A model generated the notes under the pieces. It saw only the letters and a list, made by a program, of their open reading frames with translations. It was not told the origin of the DNA and did not search any database. A program made the position numbers and the translations under genes. This document shows, piece after piece, positions 37,089 through 48,447 of a stretch of DNA of 64,000 nt. Source of the DNA: Pocillopora damicornis (Eukaryota); contig NW_020844967.1 of assembly GCF_003704095.1 (NCBI RefSeq), positions 1-64,000 on the forward strand. Direction: 5' to 3'. Each line of letters opens with the position of its first letter. Within the stretch, counting starts at the first letter, position 1.

Positions 37089-39525
37089 TTAATGATGCTT
37101 CTTGTGCTTCTTTTCGTCGCTGATTTTCTTTCCTTTCGAGCTCTCTTTCTTGCCCTTCTTAAATTTCATGCATCCGGGAGTTCCACAAGGTGAGCCTGAT
37201 GGATATGGTGCGGGGTATGGGTAGGGCTGCTGAGGGGGGTAGGGCTGCTGAGGGGGGTAGGGCTGCTGAGGGGGGTAAGGCTGCTGAGGGTATGGCTGCT
37301 GAGGATATGGATATTGTGGCTGCTGTGGGTAAGGGTATCCTCCACATCCTTGTCCGTAACAGTCCTTTCCTTTTCCTGTTGAAATAAATATTAAAGTTAA
37401 TTTAGACTGATCAATGCTCCAGAAACTATGTCAATTTTCAAGTATCTCCGCCATTAAAAAGTATATTCAAATTTATGAAAATCGCAGTACTCTCCAAAGG
37501 GTAACTTTACTTGTCGAAAACTGTCTTGAAATTTTCTAAAAAAATTCGGCACGGATGCCGCCATTTTGAATCTAGCTTAGCAGCCTGGCCTTAAATATAA
37601 AGCAATTGTCTCAACTCCGACTTTAAACCAACTCTTGGCTATCTGTCCAAACATTTAGAAGCTTTACAAGTTACTAAGTTCAAAATGGCGGCTCTCAAGG
37701 TCGAATTTTCAGCGCATTTGAAGACAATTTTCGAAAGGTTGGGTTTATCTTCGGATTTTCAAAACGGGAAAAGTAATAATAAATATGTATGTACACCTTT
37801 TAATTTAATGATCGAAATAACACTTGTATGGTTTTCTGGTATCTGAAGCATGTTTTTCCTTTTCAAAATGGTAAGAAAAAAAATCGATGCAATGTTTTGC
37901 ACAAGAGTCATGCCCAAACTGAATAGATAATTTCATAGTTGTGTAAGCGAACGTTGTGAGTCATAGTTAGCCGCTTAGAACTTTTTTTTTCAGTGCTTAG
38001 CGTTTACGAAGCTTCCATCCTCTTGTATAGACGCGTTCCTCCGATCCTCCGTCTACCTGACTCCATGCCGGGCAAAGTTTTGTTTTCGATGAGTGGGATT
38101 ATCTGGTTCCACAGCTCAGTTATCGTTGTTAGTATCACACTTCATCAAGTCGACGCATCAATATTTTCAAACCCTCAATCTGTTTTGTACTTTCTAACTT
38201 TAATCCAATTGCAAAAATATCACTTCACCTTCTGAGTCTACCTATTTAATTGATGAATAGCCTGTATTTCTGCTGGGGGGGTACATGCTCTTTAATTTCT
38301 TTTTGGCAGGGGTTGGGGTGAATTTACGCTCTTACTTCTTTGAGTATTCCACACATATAGCTAGGTAAAAAAATTAACATTCCATAAATAAACAGGGATC
38401 TAATGCGGATAGACTTTATCACAAGTAATTTACAAATAGGATCTGTTTCAGTTATTTGAAATTAAATGTGATAACTATTAATTTGACACAATATCAATTT
38501 CCTTTACTTATCGTGGGTCAGACAAAATGTATCATAACATCCACTAAAAATTTTGTATAAGTTATTTTCATAAAGTATAGCGCCGTGTTTTCTTTCCAGG
38601 ATATCGGTAAAAGGTTTACAGGTTTTATATCTCACTTAGCATTAATACTCGAAGGCAGAAAACAAAAGACAAAGACACAAGTACAATGCAATCGCCACAT
38701 ACAACCAAAAATGCCAAAGACCTACTCAGCGGGTCTTATTCAACAATGGCTGAAACGTGGTCTACAAGGAAGATCTTCTATCGCACATACCGATCATTTA
38801 AAAAGTTGAAATGCGATACGAGGTTTAGTTTTTTTGTTGGTATAGCACTTTTTCAAAAGCTGTTGGTAGCTGACATTGTATTCCCCGTGGGTTAAGCAAC
38901 TTTTTAACAATTCCCACACCAGTAATCTCTTTGATTTCACTACCAGCATGACGTAAATTTGATCTCATTTAATGATTCATCGTTCACTGATTCGATAAAA
39001 ATCCGGCCAGAAATCGAATTTTTAAAAATAAATTCTAGACGTTTAAATGTTCTTGATGATGCTATCATTCTGGGGCTGATTTTTTTTGTTCTTATTTTTT
39101 TTATTTTCTTCCAGACGTATAAGTTGTTTGTAGCATATGTTTGGTTCTACATGAACGACTTTGATTGCAATGGATAACAACTTGGTCACCCTTAAAAATG
39201 ATCGCCTTAACTTCCTTTGCGTTTGTTTCGAGTATTAACCACCTTTCTGCTGAGTCAGCGCTGGCTGACGAGCTGGTTTAATATTTGCAAATACAATCGA
39301 CAAGCACATATGCGACGAAGAGTGAAATAAATTCCCCTGATTTAAGTATTTACCCGATCCACTTCCGGACGCAGAAGAATCTTCCACTTCCTTGTCTTCG
39401 CTATCTCCTTCCGTTTCTGTTTCCTTGTCGTTTGGTTCCTCTTTCTGTTTCAAGACAGATTTTCCTTCAACAGTCATCAGTGTCAGAGCCAACAGGCAAG
39501 CGATTAACAGTAGCGATCCCTTCAT
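37089..39525 (-). CDS. Secreted Tyr/Pro/Gln-repeat orphan protein B, ~152 aa, 2 coding exons; correct frame missing from the ORF track
   Basis: Exon 39354-39525 (signal MKGSLLLIACLLALTLMTVEG plus acidic linker, SGSGSG), phase-1 intron, exon 37089-37375: GKGKDCYGQGCGGYPYPQQPQYPYPQQPYPQQPY(PPQQPY)3PYPAPYPSGSPCGTPGCMKFKKGKKESSKGKKISDEKKHKKHH*. Additional internal exons are not excluded. Confidence 0.8.
37415..37851. mobile_element. Decayed foldback/long-TIR MITE in intron
   Basis: Nested inverted matches gccgccattttgaa/ttcaaaatggcggc, tcgaaaactgtctt/aagacaattttcga and ccagaaac/ttttctgg, symmetric about ~37625. Confidence 0.5.
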
Positions 39526-41642
39526 GATAACCTGTAAAAGCATTAAAATAGCCAAGGAAAATACTTAAAAGAAAAGCTTCCCGCGCTTCTTATTTTCTTT
39601 CTCAGACTTAGATGGCAAGACCTGAAAGGATAGTTTTAAATTCTCTTCTCGTGTTTGAACTGAAATGCAAGCTTGGTTTAAAGATTTGAAAACAAAAACA
39701 CGATAGCCTATATCACAGCTCGAGCGTTATGATTTGCTAAAGGGACGAAACAGGATCTAAGTTTCGCCGGTACACAAAACCCATACCATAAATGTATTGC
39801 ACAGATGGCTCAAAAGAAGATTGAATATATTGCACCTTTTCTATATGTCGTTGCTCCTTGACCGTCACCTGCAAAGCTTAATGAAAATTTCCGGAAAGCT
39901 TCGAGGAGTAACTATATGAACCGTCGCCTTACATAATTTATTAATTATTACACGGGTAGTGTTTTGTCCTTATGAATTGTAATTGTTATCCTGGTTTGAA
40001 AGATCGAATATTTTACTTCTAACACGCGTAATCACAAATGTGATCATCGCTTAACTTTCTGAAAATGTATTTAGGAACTATAAAGATCACGTTCTTAAAA
40101 TTTGTTGACAGGCCTTAAAAAAACTTTTCTTACGATATCATCACAAGTTATTATTCCGTAAGGTAAGCAACGACCAGGTCACAAGTATTTCAAGGTGACA
40201 ATGTTCTTTGCATTTTCTAAATAAGGTCGGCCGATTTGTGCCCTACAAGTCAAGTGAATATCTTCCTTTCTGAGGCAATAAAAGACATCTTGACCTTTTT
40301 TTTAAAGGTTTTCCACGCCTTGAAATTACCAGGTGTAGAAAAATACAGTTTTTTCTGAGGAGGGCAGTCATTTCACATTATGTGGGTGTTTCTTTCAATC
40401 GGCTTTCTTCATATTTGTCGTTGATTAGCTCACCCGCTCTACAACCGGGGGAAGTAATGAGGAGATGTGTGTTTTTTTATACTTGCTCGGCTGTGGAAGT
40501 GATTGTTGTTTGAAATAAAGTTCAGTCCAGTCTTAGTTTTCATCAAGTCCTGTCTCGTTTTTTATCGATTCCTGAGGAAAATATAAATTTATTTTGTATT
40601 CGTCACTAACGATTGTGTTGGAATATAACAACCTGCTCTCTTTTGTCAAGTCGCCTTGTGAGTCAGGGCAGTTGTGTATTCAAAATACCTCTTGCGTATC
40701 GGAATACGGAAATCGTTTGTACATCGGTGTACAACCTCCTGCTACAATTTTGTAGAACGAGAAAATTTAGAGTTTTCAAACACTTATTTCCAGATATTTC
40801 TACAAATGGGACAATTTCTCAACCAGCCATTTTGAAGTGGCAACAAAAAAAAAAGCCTACTGTTTTTGGATTCTCCTAAAGGCCAGCGCTCGTCGAATGT
40901 TACAAAAAATCTCGTTACTAAGCTTTTAAGCTTAAGAAAAGCTTTTAAAAAACCTCTCTTAACTACGAAATAGCGTCTTAGTAATGTGTACCATGTCTTA
41001 TAAAGAATCTCTAAAATGCTGGCAATTATGATACATCCCATTTTTGGGGTCTCTTCAGTGAGTGTTTGCGTGGTCAGGTCATGAAATGGATCAACGATTT
41101 TTCAATCGTCTCAATCTATTTATTGAAGCGATCAAGCCAAGGGACTTGGAATATTTTCGATAGGGAATGCAGACACGGTGAATGAACCCTATTTTGCTTC
41201 TAGATCAACATTTTTGGGTTGATGACTCCCCCAACTGACGTAAAAAAAAAAATAAAAAAAAAGCTCTGGCGTAGTTTTGAGAGGTTCAAAATGAAAACAA
41301 CCAGCTGTGGCTTATTCCTTCTAAAAACCGGAGATTCTGCTGAGAGGCCATAATTAAAAAACCACAGATCTGAAATCTTGGCCATCCTGTGTAGTGCATG
41401 GTATGTTTGTCCTATACCATAGCGAAACGATCTCTCCCCTGACGAAAACCACGCACTGGAGCTTGTCTGTTCTTCATTTAGCTATGTCAAAAGAGTGCCG
41501 CATTACGCTTAACGTAATTCTTTATCAGCGCGCACAAATTGGCATTTATCACGTAATTAATTAGCTGAACGCAATACACCTCAAAGTTCATCCAAAGGAA
41601 GAGAGTTTGTGTTGGAAAAACTGTCATCTAAAGAGCATAAAT

Positions 41643-44600
41643 ATGCCCTCTTTTATCGAGTTAGAAAAGCTTTTGAACTTTGCACTCTCCTCGCCAGAGG
41701 TGGGGACCGTAAATTTTAACATTTTGCGCATGTTTCTTCAAGAAATACTACGGCATCTTGGCATTGAAAACAAAGCTATCGACATTGACACACTAGGAGA
41801 GGAACACAAAAGTGCTATTGACTTTATCAAGGATGGGTATGCCGATGTTACCAGTCTAGAAAAAAGATCACTCGAAGTCTTTCAAGTCGAAGAAACTCCT
41901 GAAATGATGGTGGGACCTGAAGCCGAATCCACGACTCCATTTCAAAGCAATACAGAGCAAGAACAAGAGTCTCCTCCTCCATCAGCCTTAGATGCGGAGC
42001 AGAGGGAAGGAGAAAAGTTGACGAGTGTGGAAACTGATCCCACAGAGGAAAGTAAATTGGATGCATCGATTACAGAAGGAGAATTGAGCATTGCTCCTCC
42101 TAAATCGCCCTTAACCCGAAGCTCCGTTTTCTCACCTGGAGGATCAGATTCGCTGAACAGCCTAAAAAGGAGGGTTTCAGAACTCCAAGGACGTGTAGAA
42201 TTTCTTGAGTCACACCCCCCTCCCGCTGTTCCTGATCCCGTTATATCGGTGGCTTCCTTAGTGAGGAAGGAGAGCAAGACACCCGCTCATGACTTTGTGG
42301 AGTTGGTCAACATAAAGCGGACGCTTGAGGCGTCAGAAAGTTCTCTGGAGGGCTTAACAGAAATGGTAGATGCCTTAGCGTCTGATCTGAATGAACTGAA
42401 AGAATCTTTGCCCAAAGTCCATAAGACCTCAAGTGATCTGCGCTCTGATATGGAGGAACTGCGGAAATCTCTGAATGCAATGAAAGAGGATAAAGCAGGA
42501 AAAGAGGAAGGGGAAAAGGAAGGGGACACGATATCAAATCTGGAAAATACTGAGCAAAGAATGGATGGATTTGAAAGTGTGCTGGCAAACTTGAGAGAAG
42601 CCGTTGCTGAGATTACTGAAAATTTGAAAGATCACTCACAAGTAACAGATCCCAAGGGGCAGGAAATGCTTGACGCTCATGAAAAACAGCTTCAGGGATT
42701 GAAGGTTCACATTGAAAAAGTAGAAGGTAAACTGGATGGAGTGAGTTCCAAGTTAAGTGGAGCTGAAGAGGCTGCAGCAGACACCCTGACTAAACTTGAA
42801 GCGTGTGGTGAGGAAATCAACGAAATCAAAACCAAACAAGAAACTTTGGGTGAAGAGTTAAAAAATCACAAATCACAAATTAAAGACAACGAAATACAGA
42901 TCCACCAGTTAAGCAACTTGATGACGCTGATGAAACGTGAAAACACTGAGCGGGCGAATGTAGAGGCTGCGGACAAAGAGAAAGGTGAGGACAAATATAC
43001 AAAGCGTATAGAGGGCTCCTGTTGAGTTGATTTATGACAATAACAGACCATATCAAGCTTGTTAAGTCCAAGTGAAAACTTATCGATATCAAACAGAATC
43101 ACGTAGCCCCGCACCCCTCATCCCTTATGTAAACTCTGGATAATGATTGTGTTGAGCCAGTCCATAACAGTCATTGCATTGCATCGCATAAGATACATCT
43201 ATTATACTAGGTTATAAAAATGCCTGCCTTTCGGGAAGTTTAACACAGTTAGGGTGCAAAATATCCAGTTAGCCGTTAAAGAAATAAAAAGCGCGCCAAG
43301 TGCATTGTTGAGTTCTATAAACACTTGGGAATTTTTAAGACTCGAGAAGTGCGGAGAAGCACGAGCCGGAGCCGAAGCCGAGTGCTTCTCGCACTTCTCG
43401 AGTGTTCTTAAAAATTCCCACGTGCTTATATAACCCAACAATGCTCGAGGAACAAGTTTTGTTATTTCTTTTATTACACCCATTTTGAAATCACTGGTAG
43501 TGCTTGTAATCTGATTGGCTCTAATTGGTGCGATTTATTCATGAATCACACCATTTTTGCTTTAAATCACATCTTTTTCCCAGTAAGTGAGCAGGCCACA
43601 CTAAAAACAAAACAACCAATCAGATTTCAAGGCTTGTTTAAAGTAACCAGTCAAATTGCAGGAAAATGATAGACAAAGAGTATCGTATGGCGAATTTTGC
43701 TACTTTTGTTTCCAAAACTCTTACTTTCCCCCTCAAAAAATGGATAAATTTAATTTCAAACCAGCTCAGTATCGCATCAATAAAATATTTGAATTGACCA
43801 AGTCCTGTATTTGGGCGATTTCAAAATGGATGTAATAAAGTGGTAATTGAACTTCGTGTCGTGCAATTTTGGTCGGAAAACATACTTGTGATTTCAAATC
43901 GAACTTGCGCTGCACGCTCGACCGATTTTGAAATCACGCGTATTATTTCAGCCCAAATTGCACTCCACTCAGTTCAATTACCATTATCTATGAAATGTAT
44001 CGTGAATTGCGCGCGCTCGTACCGATGACGTAGGCTACGTGCATTATATCTCAACAGTGCACTCGTGTGACGTAAGGCGCGTGCTTTATGGAAATATAAT
44101 GAACTCGTTCTGACCAATCACGTCGCGTGCATTTCTCTGAATATTTTATAATTAACATTAAAAACATCCTCTACGTACCGGATTATGATGTACACTTCAT
44201 AATTATTCGCTGAAGGTGAGTTGAAAATTGAGTTCGTCGAGAATAATTACAATAGTGTGCTAAATCTCATAAAAACTTCCGATTTTTTATTTTGTTTTAG
44301 AGGAAGAAAGAGAACATAAGTCGGAAACTTCGACGTACAGGCGCCGCGCGTACAGCGTCGATCGACAAGAATTGAGTTTGATCCGTACCATGATATCTGA
44401 GTTACAAGAGGAAAAAGAAAAACTGAAACAGACCGACATCCGATTGAATGACGAGCTTTACAGGAAACAGAGGCATTTGGACGACCTTTATAACATTGTT
44501 GACGAACTGAGAGACGTGAAAGTCGACAAAGAACTGCTTAATATGGGATTTGAGCTGAAAGCTGATAAAAAAGACGTGGAAACCAAGATTGGAAGGGAAG

Positions 44601-47106
44601 ACTTTGAGCACTGCATAGGTCTTGTTGATCAGTCCTTAAGAGATTTGCTGCAAAGATTAGAAGGCCACGTAAGTTTGATGTAATATTTCGTTTGGTCAGA
44701 CCTATTGTAAGCAAACAGGCATCCCGGTAGGGGAGGCTTGTCGATATGCAATCTTGGGGAAAAAGCCGGGATCAGAATGGTGTTGAAGTTTGGTGTTCCT
44801 GTTTGTCGGGGTTTATGCTATCAATACCGCGCTTGTCTTGTATTACCATATATTTTTTTCTGATTTAACATGTTTAGTCAGTCAGCCAGTCACTCGGTAA
44901 ATTGGTCCTGCTATCAGTTAATGGGTTGATACGTCCGTCAGCAAATCGCTTGGTCAGTCAGTCACCCAGTTGGTCAGCTAGTCAGTCAGTCAGCCAGTTG
45001 GTCAGTCGGTCAGCTGGTCAGTCAGTCAGTTGGTAGGTCAGCTGGTCAGTCAGTTAGTAAGTTAGTCAATCAGTCAGTTGGTCAGACGGTCAGTTGCACA
45101 GATGGTCAGTTGGTCAGATGGTTAGTTAGTTAATCAGTCACTCAGTCGGTTAGTTGGTCAGCTGATTAGTCAATCAGTTGGTCAGTCAGTCCGTCAGTCG
45201 ATTAGTCAGTCGGTCATTTGGTCAGCTGGTCAGTCAGTTGGTCAGCTGGTTAGTCAGTTGGTCAGTTGGTCAGTCAGTTGGTCAGCTGGTCAGTCAGTCA
45301 GTCAGTCAGTCAGTTGGTCAGCTGGTCAGTTAGTCAGTCAGTTCGTCAGTTGGTCAGCTGGTTAGTCGGTCGGTCAATCAGTCGGTTGATTAGTTAATCA
45401 GTTGGTCGGTTAGTTAATCAATTGGTCGGTTAGTTAATCAATTGGTCGGTCAGTCAGTGAGTCTTCCAATCAGTTCATAAGTCAGTCATCCAGACATTGG
45501 ATGTGTTGAGCGTGGGTAATTCATCCAGTCATTAAGCGGGCCAGTCATTTAGTCAGTTGGCCAGTCAGTCAGTCGGTAAGTCTGACTGACTGAATGACCG
45601 TCTGACTGTCTGTCATGGATCGGTCGGTTGGTCGGTCGGTCGGTCGGAGAGTCAGTCCATGAGTCATTTAGCTATGCACTTGATTCGAGTTAAGAGGAAT
45701 AGAAAGTTGAGCGTTATCTTTCCCATTTAGGAAAACGCGCTGAAATTAGCCATAGAAGCAATCCACTCAGACGTGGGCAAGAAACTCGACAAAGAAGAAG
45801 TTGAACCCTTGAAGCGTTACCTGGAGTCGCGAATGGAATTTATGAAACCAAAACCGGTGGAAAGACCGCCCCCAGAAGAATTGGCAGCAGGGATCCGAAA
45901 GCGGTTCCTAGTGAATCACAACTGTATATCATGTGACCGCCCTGTTAAATACGCGAGAGAGGAGCCTTTTCCCCCTCTACCAACCATACGCTGCATGCCG
46001 GGATCGAAGTCGACCCGTCCCTACACCACTTTCGAGCTGGAACAGATCCGACAGCACATGCTCCCAGGAGGACTGTCGATGACGAAGGAAAGGTTTGAAC
46101 TGCTGGAGAAGCAACGCAGCAAGTTACAGAAAGAAATGTTACGACTTAGGTTGGTGCTCCCTTTCCATCTAACCCTACCGTGAAATTTTAAGCATGAGAT
46201 TACCCAAAAAGTTTATTACAAATACTTTTACCACCTTATATCTATCTAATGAATGGATTACAGACATACTTACAGAAAGGAACTAAAATACTATTTTCCT
46301 GCGCAACTGTTGATTGGTCACGCAACACGTTATCTGCACCTTACATGGTCACGCAACACGTCATCTGAAAACGCCTTGCGTTACGTGGCCAAACAACGGC
46401 TGTACAGGAGGCGCAACAATGCTGATTTAATAAACCTCTTAGCAGTAAGTCCTGATGGCCACCTAAACAACTATACTGAGGCAATATTTCTCTGGGATTT
46501 CGTTTCAGAGTGAGGTGGTTCACGAAAAAAAACTTACTATTTGGAAAAAGACTTATACAGGTTTCAAACGCCAGACACTGAGACAGACTGGTCACGTCCG
46601 ACAATTTTGATCAGTGGACTGATTTACCTCACATCCTTTATTTTCATTAGGAGGGTTTTTGTTGTAGACAAATATGACGACAGGGTAAAACATATTTCAA
46701 AACTGACTGAAGAAAACCGTAACAGTCATAATTATTCTACTTTGTTTTAATCATTAGTGGTGTTCACGATCTACAAGAATTGGCCGAGGCTACTGCAAGG
46801 GCCTGTGGAGGAGTCCATACCCTCACCTATCCCCACAGTCAGTCGGTTGTTCGTGGACTTCAGCTTAACAAGGACGACTTGGACTTCCTCGTCCCGCAGA
46901 AAGATTTTCAACCGGTGGATATCTTAGGACAGGACGGACACATCTATAAGGGATTACTGGATTCCCTCCCTACGACACTTCCCCACATCCCACAAAAGAG
47001 CAAAACCTCCGGACTAAAAAATGCCCCAAGGAATGTGAGGAGGAGCACGACCCCGACTTCCCCTAGTCTTCAAAAACCTGCAAAGGATCAAATTGAAAGT
47101 TGCTAA
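41643..47106 (+). CDS. QRICH2/C16orf96-like coiled-coil protein (DUF4795-type), ~825 aa, 4 exons
   Basis: Exons 41643-42984, 44301-44668, 45731-46149, 46758-47106 are phase-compatible. N-terminal LLNFALSSPEVGTVNFNIL, long coiled coil, AAGIRKR..NCISCDRP and RACGGVHT motifs typical of this family. Confidence 0.8.
43471..43987 (-). repeat. Dispersed repeat copy 2, apparently nested in another repeat (~43275-44150)
   Basis: Reverse-complement homologue of 1067-1527. Confidence 0.75.
44876..45670. repeat. Degenerate tetranucleotide array (GTCA/GTTG/GTTA/GTCG), ~0.8 kb, intronic
   Basis: Continuous 4-bp periodicity gtcagtcagttggtca. Confidence 0.9.
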
Positions 47107-47428
47107 TTTAAACTGATTCCCTGAGTGACGATTTCTTTTTCGTTTGTAAACATTACTTAAGCAGAGCAATATTTATTATTCCGTAGCTTAGAAAAATCCT
47201 TCTTTGTGTTGTAAACGATGCGCTTACTTATTCCAAGGAGGCAGAAATGCAACGGACGAAATGTAATTTTCGGTTTAAAAGTTCTTTGTAACCTGTTGAT
47301 CAAAATAATCAAACACATCAGTGTCTTATTTAAAAGAAAATCCTTTTCATTATTTAACAAATTGTAAGTTGTCAAGGTACGCTAAATTCAAACTGATGAA
47401 CATAGAGTAGCCATCATCTTACTAACGA

Positions 47429-48331
47429 TTAGAAAGTTTTGACAAGTGGATTGTGCGGATCATGTCCTTCCTTCAGAATTTTCAGAGAAAAATTGACTGT
47501 ACCGTAACCTTGTGTTAGAGACCCCATTGAAATTACGTCAACATGCGGTCCAAAATATTGCGCGATGTTCTCTATTGTAACGCCTCCACTTCCCTCAATC
47601 AGTAAATGCGGGAATTCTTTCTTCAGGACCTCAGCTGCTCTGTGGAGAGCCTTAGGCTCAAAGTTATCCAGCATAACAACATCAGCTTCTGCACTGGCAG
47701 CTTCTCTTGCCTCCTCGATGCTTCGACATTCCACTTCAATTTTGATTGAGAAACCTCCCACCCTCCTTGCGTCTTGTACGGCACGTGTGACGCTCCCAGC
47801 GGTCCAAATGTGATTGTCTTTGAGCATGATCATGGAGGATAGATCATATCGATGGGTGGAAACACCACCGACCAAAAGTGCGTACTTTTCCACGATTCGA
47901 AAACCCGGGGTAGTTTTCCGAGTTCCCGCTATTTCTCCGTGCCAGTTATGGTCTTCCTTAAGTTTCACCAAACTCTTAGCCTTTGTCGCAATTCCACTCG
48001 CTCTTGTAATACAATTTAAGGCCACTCTTTCTCCCAGAAGAATCTTGTTAACTCTCCCAGTTACCTTTGCCACCGTGGTCGTGGGTTCAACTTGCACCCC
48101 TTCGGAGAACACCCACTCCACCTTGCACCCCAACTCACGGAATATTGCGTCGAAGAAAGGAACTCCCGCTAAAATACCCCTAGATTTGCACAACAATACT
48201 GCTGTTTCTTCATTTTCTCCCACAACGAAACCTCCATAATCAAAGCTTGGCGTATCTTCAGCTAACCACTGCTGAACGTGTTGTCGAAGCGAAGTTGGGT
48301 GAAGAAGAACATGAAGACGTTTGTCCGCCAT
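47429..48331 (-). CDS. QPRT: Quinolinate phosphoribosyltransferase (nicotinate-nucleotide pyrophosphorylase), intronless, 300 aa
   Basis: [60 protein letters not shown] motifs. Confidence 0.96.
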   Translation of the reverse strand: MADKRLHVLLHPTSLRQHVQQWLAEDTPSFDYGGFVVGENEETAVLLCKSRGILAGVPFFDAIFRELGCKVEWVFSEGVQVEPTTTVAKVTGRVNKILLGERVALNCITRASGIATKAKSLVKLKEDHNWHGEIAGTRKTTPGFRIVEKYALLVGGVSTHRYDLSSMIMLKDNHIWTAGSVTRAVQDARRVGGFSIKIEVECRSIEEAREAASAEADVVMLDNFEPKALHRAAEVLKKEFPHLLIEGSGGVTIENIAQYFGPHVDVISMGSLTQGYGTVNFSLKILKEGHDPHNPLVKTF

Positions 48332-48447
48332 GTTTGATTGAGTTGGTTACTAAGCCCCGAGCTTGGCTACCAAGCTAAACTCTGCCAGGCTACCAAGTTA
48401 GGTTTTCTTTTTTTCCCAGATGTCTCGACGGGACTTTAAACAACAAA
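48332..48447. promoter_or_regulatory. Compact bidirectional promoter between QPRT and OS9
   Basis: Only 116 bp between the divergent ATGs; three GGYTACYAAG copies (48345, 48365, 48388). Confidence 0.6.

Noticed and set aside
37159-37387. ORF-track peptides with SAALPP / GGRAAE repeats
   Set aside because: Wrong frames of the PQQPY exon.
18077-39941. POU-IV-like AT(A/T)ATT(A/T)AT sites upstream of both YP genes (18077-18085, 39933-39941)
   Set aside because: An all-A/T 9-mer is expected by chance in this AT-rich DNA, and I saw no exact match between the minicollagens; needs conservation data.
44876-45670. Repeat array as CRISPR-like or coding
   Set aside because: Simple 4-bp periodic microsatellite in a eukaryotic intron, without a repeat-spacer structure.
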